Virus record (IMG/VR): IMGVR_UViG_3300049048_000052
Coordinates: 62,001 to 126,000 of that record
Reading direction: 5' to 3' (one strand)
Length of the DNA stretch: 64,000 nucleotides
This document shows positions 57,116-64,000 of the stretch, piece by piece. Both the position numbers and the translations under genes were made by a program. Every line of letters begins with the position of its first letter. The first letter of the stretch is position 1. The notes beneath the pieces are model-generated. The model did not search any database, was not told the origin of the DNA, and was given only the letters and a program-made list of their open reading frames with translations.

Positions 57116-57170
57116 TTAAATCTTGGGGTGTATTTCTACACCCCACAAACCTATTGATTGAAGGCAACTT

Positions 57171-57704
57171 ATGACAAAGCTTTTGGAGGCTGAAGCTCAG
57201 AGTATCATAACCTCGGGACATCCTGAGGACTTGAATAAGATGGCTAATGATCTATTGATCTTAGGTAGTACTCGATTGGAAGCTAGGGTGACAAGCAATC
57301 CTGAGCAGGTTAGGTTGAATATGATACTGCTGACCAGACAGTTAGCTGAGGCTAGAGGACGTAACCTCACAGCCATGGCTGTGTTAGGTCTATTCGCATG
57401 TGTAACACTCCTTATCCTAACCCTGATATATCTGGATGTACAGAAGAGTAGAGAGGACTATGATAGGTCCCTAGGTGCCTATGTGCTGCTTAGTGATGCC
57501 AATTGGCTTAAGTGTAAGATCGTGTACGATAGCACCACTAGGTGCCCCAGGTTACCTGATGAGTACATAGATGGTAGAGAGCCTAAGGTAGAGGACTACT
57601 TTGCGGGTTACCCACCTAAGTTAATCCAGGCAAAACAAGAAATTGACAGTGCTGGTAAAACAAGGAGAGTTATTGATGAAGCCAGAAGAAGTGGCCGTCC
57701 TTGA
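57171..57704 (+). CDS. membrane protein
   Basis: central TM segment. Confidence 0.6.
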   Translation: MTKLLEAEAQSIITSGHPEDLNKMANDLLILGSTRLEARVTSNPEQVRLNMILLTRQLAEARGRNLTAMAVLGLFACVTLLILTLIYLDVQKSREDYDRSLGAYVLLSDANWLKCKIVYDSTTRCPRLPDEYIDGREPKVEDYFAGYPPKLIQAKQEIDSAGKTRRVIDEARRSGRP

Positions 57705-58095
57705 GAGGGACCTCGCTGACGCCAAGTTACGTGTTAAGGAGATAGAGGATAAGTTACAGGCCACTCAGCTTGTAAGGGCCTCTAGCCCAGAGTTTAAAGA
57801 TAAGATGGTAGGACCTTACAATATAAGTAGGTTCCATCATGTTCTTGATCTATTGGTTGCAGGTAGGACCTGTGTCTTCCGGCATGAATCCTATGGGGAA
57901 TATGTTGTATATACCCATAAGGAGACAGGTCATGTTAAGGTAAGGAAGACGAAGCCAGGTCCTAATGAAGGGATTATGGCTATCCAACCACCCTATCAAC
58001 AGATCAATGACCAAACTATATTCAGATGTATGGTCCTGTCTGATACGGGGGAGTGGTTTGTTTATCCTGAAGAGGATAAAGATGAGAAGCCCTAG
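57643..58095 (+). CDS. hypothetical protein
   Basis: likely start MKPEEV. Confidence 0.6.
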   Translation: MTVLVKQGELLMKPEEVAVLERDLADAKLRVKEIEDKLQATQLVRASSPEFKDKMVGPYNISRFHHVLDLLVAGRTCVFRHESYGEYVVYTHKETGHVKVRKTKPGPNEGIMAIQPPYQQINDQTIFRCMVLSDTGEWFVYPEEDKDEKP

Positions 58096-58429
58096 AGTAG
58101 CGCTCATTATCTTGCTACTAAGTCTAGTAGCAGCACCTGTTTTGGCAAGGAAACCTAATCCTAAGGGTGCAACCTTCTGTGAACTGGGTAGCGGCTACTG
58201 GACTGTAACTATAGTCTCGGGTATCTCTGGAGAGGAGATGTCAGTAGTTATCTCAGAGTTCCTTGCTAAGGAAGAGCTGATCACTTACTACACTTTTATG
58301 GGCCTATGCAATAATAGGACTCCTAGAGAGTTGTGGGTACAGGGCCTTAATGAGGCCAGTGCTAAGAAGGTCTACAACTTCCTGAGAAGGAGGTATCCCG
58401 ATAGGGAAGTGTATAACATTAGACCATAA
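57965..58429 (+). CDS. putative secreted protein
   Basis: signal peptide MRSPRVALIILLLSLVAAPVLA (start ~58082). Confidence 0.55.
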   Translation: MKGLWLSNHPINRSMTKLYSDVWSCLIRGSGLFILKRIKMRSPRVALIILLLSLVAAPVLARKPNPKGATFCELGSGYWTVTIVSGISGEEMSVVISEFLAKEELITYYTFMGLCNNRTPRELWVQGLNEASAKKVYNFLRRRYPDREVYNIRP

Positions 58430-58489
58430 ATCTTAGGGCGTAAGCCCTTATTCATTCCTCAGTGGCGCAGTGGATAGCGCACCCGCCTT

Positions 58490-59179
58490 TAGGATAGGAG
58501 CACTTCTAGGGGAAACCCTTAAAGTGAATGTGGTTAAATTCAGGGAAGACTAAGTAGATTATGATCAAACTCCCAATGACAGTTAGGACATAGAGGTACT
58601 AAGTTGTCTACAGAGTTAATGTCGTTAACTAAGGTTTCATGTGGAAAACTAGAGATGGCCTTTCTATGGGCTATTTCAACATGTTTGTTATACCCACAGT
58701 TAATACAACAAGACCAGTCGAGTTTTGCTGCTACAGCTCTAGCCCTTGCTCTAACTAAAGCATAGGCTGAGGACCTGTGATGTTTATTGTACATGGCTTC
58801 TTCTAAAGTGACATTTAGATTTAGTCCCTTACGATGAGATCCAAAGCAGGATTTACAGTAGGTTCTGGAGTTACTTATAGGAGTGGTGCATACCAAGCAT
58901 TTATTCTCGGGTTTCCTCTTGGGGAAATTACGATTATTATGTGTAGCAGCACAACTCTTACTACAGAACTTAGGGTTAGTTGTTTCCTTATTACAGTTGA
59001 GACAATTCATAGTTTATATGTTAATCCTGAGCCAAGCTATTCGAAAGCCCTATTATATCATGGGTTCGAATAGAAGGTGCAGAGACTTAACAGCCACCAC
59101 CTAAGGTCATAAGACTATGGTGAAGATAAAGTCCAGACTACAAACACTCTTGAGTGGCAGCTAAAGCTGTAGTAGGAGG
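58490..59179 (+). mobile_element. group I intron (tRNA-Leu(UAA)-intron-like) inserted after U34
   Basis: P AAATTCAGGGAA 58536, Q AATCCTGAGC 59023, R GTGCAGAGACT 59077, S AAGATAAAGTCC 59123; P1 CTT/GAG, P10 TAG/CTA; terminal G59179. Confidence 0.88.
58540..59010 (-). CDS. intron-encoded HNH homing endonuclease (antisense)
   Basis: Cys-rich Zn fingers; CINCG..VEIAH..N...NLVPLCPNCH.EFD. Confidence 0.85.
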   Translation of the reverse strand: MNCLNCNKETTNPKFCSKSCAATHNNRNFPKRKPENKCLVCTTPISNSRTYCKSCFGSHRKGLNLNVTLEEAMYNKHHRSSAYALVRARARAVAAKLDWSCCINCGYNKHVEIAHRKAISSFPHETLVNDINSVDNLVPLCPNCHWEFDHNLLSLP

Positions 59180-59237
59180 CTAAGCGGTCGGTCGCAGGTT
59201 CGAATCCTGCCTGGGGAGTTTTAGTTAGGAGAAGATC

Positions 59238-59942
59238 ATGAGAATCATGACATATAAGGGCAGGCATGATTACTATGATCATGCTATGGCCTATGGTACT
59301 GATGAGAAGATTGTCTATGTTAGGCATCCTAAGGAGTTTCACTTAGACCAGGTATTCAAGGGACGTGAGATACGTCAATATTATAGAGAGTTAAATCATT
59401 GGTTACCTCAGGATATAAGGGCCTCCGTCCTAGGTTTCTGTGGTACGTTGTACCCTGTCTATAGATACGAGGACACATACGGCATGTCTCCTGAGTACCT
59501 ACTCGGTAAGCAGAAAGACGATGCTAGAAGAAGGTTAGAGGCTCTGCTTAATAAGCATGTCCTTTCTCCCTGGAATTATAAAGACGCCCTCCTCAAAGAC
59601 AGGATGGTCAAAGAGATGATAGGTAAGGAACTGGGAATTGAGACCTTTAATAAGTTAAGGTCTCCTTGTTTTCATATGCAGATGGAGTTTGGACGTACTG
59701 GTTTTCAGTATACCCTGACCACAAATCCTATACTTGTAGAGTTAGGGTTCCAGGTTATAGAAGAACCTATGTATTGTTATCAAGAGATCTATATGTTTAT
59801 AGATAACCTTAATGCAAGTATAGGTCCCGTAGATGAGTCCACTAAGTCCGATGATGTGATTGCAAAGTCTAAGGGTCATGATCCTAAGACATCCTTTAGA
59901 ACTAATAGTCCTGGTAAGAAGGCCAGGAGGAGAAGTAAGTGA
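59238..59942 (+). CDS. conserved hypothetical large-phage protein
   Basis: MRI...DYYD..A.YG.D..I.Y.R; NP.L..LGF; YQEI.MFI; SKGHD..TSFR. Confidence 0.7.
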   Translation: MRIMTYKGRHDYYDHAMAYGTDEKIVYVRHPKEFHLDQVFKGREIRQYYRELNHWLPQDIRASVLGFCGTLYPVYRYEDTYGMSPEYLLGKQKDDARRRLEALLNKHVLSPWNYKDALLKDRMVKEMIGKELGIETFNKLRSPCFHMQMEFGRTGFQYTLTTNPILVELGFQVIEEPMYCYQEIYMFIDNLNASIGPVDESTKSDDVIAKSKGHDPKTSFRTNSPGKKARRRSK

Positions 59943-60178
59943 GATATAGATTGAATACAGAGGGACCTCAGGGTGCTGCGGCTGCGAAGCTTGTAGCTAT
60001 AGTCGTAGGATCTATTAGCACCTTTATGCTATTAGTGTCCTTTGCTTACCTATTATTTGGTACGCCCTCAGGGGCTGCTGTCCTAGGTTGCATACTGGGT
60101 CTGTTATTGGGAGCTGGGGGTATTGTCCTCTCGGCCATCGGATTCATTATGGGTGCCGTAGCTCAGGATGAAGATTAA
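59939..60178 (+). CDS. two-TM membrane protein
   Basis: hydrophobic. Confidence 0.55.
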   Translation: MRYRLNTEGPQGAAAAKLVAIVVGSISTFMLLVSFAYLLFGTPSGAAVLGCILGLLLGAGGIVLSAIGFIMGAVAQDED

Positions 60179-60200
60179 GTAGTTATTAGGAGTATAGAGA

Positions 60201-60464
60201 ATGCGTAGACATAGCAATGATGATTTCGATTCCATGTTTAATAGCATGGCCGATACCATATCCAAGGCCCAGAGGAGAGCTAAGAGAATCTTCCTCATTC
60301 TAGGCCTGATATCGGTAAGTGCCCTGTTAGGCTGCTTTTGGGCTCTGTTTATGGGTAACCTGAGCATGTCCGCAACTGTGGGGGCCTGTCTAGGCATCCT
60401 GATTTCAGCACCATTAAGCTGGGTAAGTCTAGCAACTGTATTGGCTTCGAGTATTAAGGCATAG
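60201..60464 (+). CDS. two-TM membrane protein
   Basis: AGGAG RBS; hydrophobic. Confidence 0.6.
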   Translation: MRRHSNDDFDSMFNSMADTISKAQRRAKRIFLILGLISVSALLGCFWALFMGNLSMSATVGACLGILISAPLSWVSLATVLASSIKA

Positions 60465-60505
60465 TTTGACTAACATGGGTATATAGAAGTATACTCATGT
60501 AACAT

Positions 60506-60586
60506 GGGTGGATGACCGAGAGGCCGATGGTGCCTGACTGTAAATCAGGTCGTAACAGCGCGCTGGTTCGAATCCAGCTCCACCCA
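60506..60586 (+). tRNA. trnY: tRNA-Tyr(GUA)
   Basis: GGGTGGA/TCCACCC plus A; CCTGA-CTGTAAA-TCAGG; T arm GCTGG-TTCGAAT-CCAGC. Confidence 0.92.
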
Positions 60587-60595
60587 TTTCAATAA

Positions 60596-60678
60596 CGGCA
60601 GGCTAGGCGAGTTGGTGATCGCTGGGGAGTGTACAACCCTACCTTATAGGAACGTTGGTTCGAATCCAACCCTGCTGA
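60596..60678 (+). tRNA. degenerate class II tRNA-like gene (anticodon ambiguous)
   Basis: CGGCAGG/CCTGCTG plus A; GCGA/TCGC D stem; 9-nt loop AGTGTACAA; long variable arm; T arm GTTGG-TTCGAAT-CCAAC. Confidence 0.5.
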
Positions 60679-61429
60679 TTCTACATAGTAAACAGGGGAA
60701 TGTTATGGTGAGTCGTAGTGTCTACAGACTTACATATAGGTGTAAATGTAAGCACTGTAATAGACCATCGGAATATAAAAGCCATATGATTAGATCTGGC
60801 AATAAGAGATGCAGGGCCCTCAATAAGAAGGCCCTTAATAATATTAATATTGATGATGATACATATGATCCTATATTCGTTGATATAGGTTACACCGATT
60901 AAGGAGAAACAATATGCCACCAGAAGAGGAAGTTAATGATGAGGAAGTCACCAATCCAATCGAGGATGAAGTGGAGAGACAGAAGGCCATCTTTGGCTAT
61001 GCTGATATCGATGAGAAAGCAGAGGAACTTAAAGTCCTCTTTGGCACTGACAGAGACTCTGCCTAGTATCGCGGTAATCATACTGGCCCTGTTTGCTATA
61101 GCGGCTAGTGCGGTGTATGGGATACCAGTATGACTAAATGCGAGGCGTGTAATGATAGTAAATGGTTGTACAGGAGTGTAAGGAATGAGCAAGGTAATAT
61201 CATCTGGGAACCAACAGAGTGCTTCTGCGTCCAAGAGGAAGCAACGGGGAGCCAACCTACTGGTGACGACGATCAGACACAACACCCGTTGTAATTGCGG
61301 CAGAGTTGTTAATGTAAGTAGGGAGGTGCTTAACTATAAGTGCCTTACTTGTTATATAGGTAATTGATTATTAGGACTCAGTAGGTAACCGCTTACTGAG
61401 TCTATTAACTTATTAGGAAGATACTTATT

Positions 61430-61774
61430 ATGTTGGTTAAGATTAATGGGGAAGACCATATTATTGGATTCCACTATGTGAGATGCCCCCTTGGTGAGGC
61501 CCCTAAGAATAAACGGGAGGCTGATGTAGAACGGTCATATATTATACAGAAGTTCTTTGAAGGTAAACTGCCTCCTTATAATAAGGATATGCACCCCTTC
61601 GCATCCATTTGTTATATTAAAAAGCAGGCCACTGGTGAAATGCTAGCTGCCGCAGTATCCATATGTATTGAAGAGGATAACTTCAGTAGGAAAGTTGGTA
61701 GAACTAAGTCTTATAACTCTCTATTAAAGATATTGAATATAGATGCTGATAAGCTGGAGATTATTAATAAGTGA
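61430..61774 (+). CDS. hypothetical protein
   Basis: A.SIC.EEDNFSRKVGR motif. Confidence 0.65.
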   Translation: MLVKINGEDHIIGFHYVRCPLGEAPKNKREADVERSYIIQKFFEGKLPPYNKDMHPFASICYIKKQATGEMLAAAVSICIEEDNFSRKVGRTKSYNSLLKILNIDADKLEIINK

Positions 61775-62301
61775 AGGTAGCCATTGGTACTCAAAGTGGT
61801 CCTAAGATAGAGTCTGTACTCAATGGATTTGAAGTACTAGGCCTAATCGCTATAGATATATATCCTAAGAATTGTATAACGGGAATAGTACAGCCCAAGT
61901 CCTTAAGTCAAATGGAGAACTGTGCTATGACAAGAATGGAGCAGTTGCAGGATGAATTTGGGGACTGTATCTATCATGTGGTAGTTGAGAGTGGCCTTAT
62001 TCAAAAGAGGGCACCCATAGGTAATACTGAAACTACGCTTTGTCTCATTAAGCATGTGCCAACAGGTACTCTAGGTTATGGGACTGGGGGTGAATGGAGG
62101 GTACCTGAGTACATTATCGATCAGCTAAATGAATGTGGTGAGATGGGTAAGACTCAGGTTAAGGGTGCTCAACCCTTAGATAAGCTAGCTATTGGTGGTA
62201 GTGTTATTGATGCTATCACAGGTGGGAGATGGAATAGGGTTGACCAAATAGAGGTTGCCACTATACATGCCCTTGCTTATTTGTTACATGAAGTAGAATA
62301 G
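61771..62301 (+). CDS. yjjX: inosine/xanthosine triphosphatase (YjjX/DUF84-like)
   Basis: MKVAIGTQS.PKI.SV; QP.S; VV.ESGL; GG.I..IT.GR..R. Confidence 0.7.
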   Translation: MKVAIGTQSGPKIESVLNGFEVLGLIAIDIYPKNCITGIVQPKSLSQMENCAMTRMEQLQDEFGDCIYHVVVESGLIQKRAPIGNTETTLCLIKHVPTGTLGYGTGGEWRVPEYIIDQLNECGEMGKTQVKGAQPLDKLAIGGSVIDAITGGRWNRVDQIEVATIHALAYLLHEVE

Positions 62302-62328
62302 ATCATAGCCCCTTAAGTGGGGCACCAC

Positions 62329-62402
62329 GTCCCTGTGGTCCAACTGGTAGAGGTAACGGACTTAAAATCCGTGTGTTGTGGGTTCGAATCCCACCAGGGA
62401 CA
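62329..62402 (+). tRNA. trnL: tRNA-Leu(UAA) with short variable loop
   Basis: GTCCCTG/CAGGGAC plus A; ACGGA-CTTAAAA-TCCGT; 5-nt variable loop; T arm GTGGG-TTCGAAT-CCCAC. Confidence 0.85.
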
Positions 62403-62405
62403 TTT

Positions 62406-62480
62406 GCCGCAGTAGCCCAATTGGGTAGAGGCTGTAGGTTGAGGGCTTACATGTTACAGGTTCAAATCCTGTCTGCGGTA
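62406..62480 (+). tRNA. trnL: tRNA-Leu(GAG) with short variable loop
   Basis: GCCGCAG/CTGCGGT plus A; TGTAGG-TTGAGGG-CTTACA; T arm ACAGG-TTCAAAT-CCTGT. Confidence 0.75.
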
Positions 62481-62501
62481 TTATCACTATAAAGGATATG
62501 T

Positions 62502-64000
62502 ATGTTTGAGCAATTAAGATCGGCCGTTAAGGCTCGTTTTGCTTCCCTCGTTGTAGGGAATGGTGAGAATATGTTTGTCCTGGATATCTCTAGGGATGAT
62601 CTATGGAACACTTATATAACTGGATATCCAGAGGGCGCTGAAAGACAAGAGAACAACTGCAACGCCTGTAGATCTTTCATTAAGAATTATGGAGGTCTTG
62701 TATGGGTAGACCCCAACACCTATGAGCTCCATAATATCTGGCAGCTAGAAGGACCCATGGCTGACTATGGCCCAGTTAAGGCTCTGAGAGAATTGGTAGA
62801 ACTAGCTACTATTCGGGATGCGTTCATTAACGATACCCGTAAGTTAGGTGTTGACTATAACTTCGCCGCTGAGAGTATGACCAAGTGGACACATCTCTTC
62901 TATGAGATGCCTAGGTCATTTCCTACGCAGGTACGTAGTGAAGTGCCTACCCTGCTTAATGATATTAGGACTGGTGCTAAGGCGTTTGAAAGGGCTCTAA
63001 TTGAGCTAACTACAGACAGTGTAGAGACAGTCCTAGAACTCATAGAGACTAACTCAATCTATCGAGGTGCTGAAAGTAAGGGGGTCCTTCAATCCTTCTT
63101 AACCCTAAAGCAGACCTATGATGCCTTACCAGATTACTCTAGGAAGCAAGCCTTCGCTTGGCTTACCTCTAGGAGGAATCCTGGTATAAGCCGTATCAAG
63201 AATACGGCTATCGGTACTCTGCTGGAGGATATATCTGGGGGCATGGAGCTAACCCCTGCTGTTCACAGATTTGTGGATAAAATGGATCCCAATAAGTACC
63301 AGAGACGTACTGCTGTAGTATCCTCTGGTATGATCAAGCAGGCAGAGCAGAAAGTCCTAGAGTTAGGTCTGGATACAGCCTTAGCTAGACGACACTCGAC
63401 CCTGGATGACCTGCGTATTGAGGATGTCCTCTATGTTAATAGAGATGCTGTCAAGGGAGCCCAGTCTCTCTTTGGTGAGATCATGGGAGAGGTAGAGACT
63501 AAGGTTGATCCCAAGAAGTTTGAGGACCTCAAGGATGTTACAGTAGATACGTTCCTAGAGAGTGTACTACCCGGTGCATCTAAGGTAGAGGTTCTCTTTG
63601 AGGGTAGACACTTCTCTAACCTGGTCAGCTTGACTACCGCAGTTAACCCTGATGCCAAGTATCTCTTCAAATGGGATAACCATCACTCCTGGTGTTACAA
63701 TGGGGCCCTTGCGGACTCAAGTACTAAGGCTTTGGTTAAGGCGGCAGGTGGTCAAGTAGAGGGTATACTTCGGTGTTCTCTAGGTTGGGGCAATGGAGAT
63801 GATCTAGACTTGCATCTTGAGGAACCTAACGGTTTCCATATTTACTTTGGATCTAAGAAATCTCCAACTGGAGGGGCCCTAGATGTAGATATGAATGCTG
63901 GCGGTATTGACAATAGTACCAACCCAGTAGAGAACATTATCTACCCCTATGGTAGTAACATGAGGGAAGGGGTGTATAAGGTCTGGGTAAATAACTACTC
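62502..64000 (+). CDS. large conserved phage protein, 3' end outside the window; YfaP/DUF2135-like C-terminal domain
   Basis: manual translation MFEQLRSAVKARF..NNCNACRSFIKNYG..DDLDLHLEEP..ALDVDMNAGG..PVENI; open to the window end. Confidence 0.75.
   Translation, partial: MFEQLRSAVKARFASLVVGNGENMFVLDISRDDLWNTYITGYPEGAERQENNCNACRSFIKNYGGLVWVDPNTYELHNIWQLEGPMADYGPVKALRELVELATIRDAFINDTRKLGVDYNFAAESMTKWTHLFYEMPRSFPTQVRSEVPTLLNDIRTGAKAFERALIELTTDSVETVLELIETNSIYRGAESKGVLQSFLTLKQTYDALPDYSRKQAFAWLTSRRNPGISRIKNTAIGTLLEDISGGMELTPAVHRFVDKMDPNKYQRRTAVVSSGMIKQAEQKVLELGLDTALARRHSTLDDLRIEDVLYVNRDAVKGAQSLFGEIMGEVETKVDPKKFEDLKDVTVDTFLESVLPGASKVEVLFEGRHFSNLVSLTTAVNPDAKYLFKWDNHHSWCYNGALADSSTKALVKAAGGQVEGILRCSLGWGNGDDLDLHLEEPNGFHIYFGSKKSPTGGALDVDMNAGGIDNSTNPVENIIYPYGSNMREGVYKVWVNNY

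Larger units (their letters stand above)
21181..57160 (+). promoter_or_regulatory. dispersed ATTGATTG motif upstream of gene starts
   Basis: exact copies at 21181, 21836, 32411, 36013, 40157, 41176, 43301, 43639, 43928 and 57153, at gene junctions. Confidence 0.55.
58456..59218 (+). tRNA. trnR: intron-split tRNA-Arg(UCU); exons 58456-58489 and 59180-59218
   Basis: TCCTCAG/CTGGGGA plus G; GCGC-AGTGGATA-GCGC (A20); spliced loop CT-TCT-AA; T arm GCAGG-TTCGAAT-CCTGC. Confidence 0.82.

Noticed and set aside
59040-59072. GGGTTCGAAT as another tRNA T arm
   Set aside because: It pairs with CTATTCGAA upstream as an intron helix; no acceptor or D arm
58456-59218. Reading the split tRNA as Ser(GCU) or Asn
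   Set aside because: P1/P10 pairing and the parallel to the Leu(UAA) intron place the splice after U34 with terminal G59179, giving UCU; A20 and the short variable loop fit Arg
60914-61227. Possible TAG readthrough / alternative genetic code
   Set aside because: In-frame TAGs here separate plausible small overlapping ORFs; long genes elsewhere are intact in code 11 and many end cleanly at TAG; no suppressor tRNA seen
63431-63670. Minus-strand 79-aa ORF
   Set aside because: Shadow of the long + strand ORF starting at 62502

Overview
A 64-kb accessory-gene segment of a large dsDNA phage, with dense and mostly + strand ORFs. No capsid, terminase, polymerase or integrase is visible. The host is probably a cyanobacterium, inferred from several homologies recognised by eye (no database search was run): cyanophage-type fibre motifs, a cyanobacterial-style type IV pilin, a CAAD/CURT1-like membrane protein, a Ycf35/DUF1257-like protein and a tRNA-Leu(UAA)-type group I intron. 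Protein content includes a collagen-like and mosaic tail-fibre cluster (5.9-13.7 kb), nucleotide and RNA metabolism enzymes (Nudix, DEDDh exonuclease, RNA ligase, Thg1, YqeY, HAD nucleotidase, YjjX-like NTPase, metallophosphoesterase), rIIB, RlpA, an SPFH lipoprotein, HNH/GIY-YIG nucleases and many small hypothetical proteins. The most striking content is non-coding, a set of re-engineered tRNA architectures. (i) A ~400-nt RNA with two circularly permuted (YrlA-like) tRNA modules lies directly behind a conserved coiled-coil gene, and a third permuted module lies at 40.0 kb. (ii) A complete tRNA-Arg(CCU) is nested in the anticodon arm of a second tRNA shell. (iii) A tRNA shell carries a ~100-nt structured domain in its variable region. 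(iv) A tRNA-Arg(UCU) is split at U34 by a group I intron with an antisense HNH gene. (v) There are a long-arm tRNA-Asn, two short-arm tRNA-Leu and several degenerate or minimal tRNA-like folds. Two tandem arrays of putative promoter-hairpin-terminator small-RNA units are also present. All structures were folded by eye; their functions are inference.
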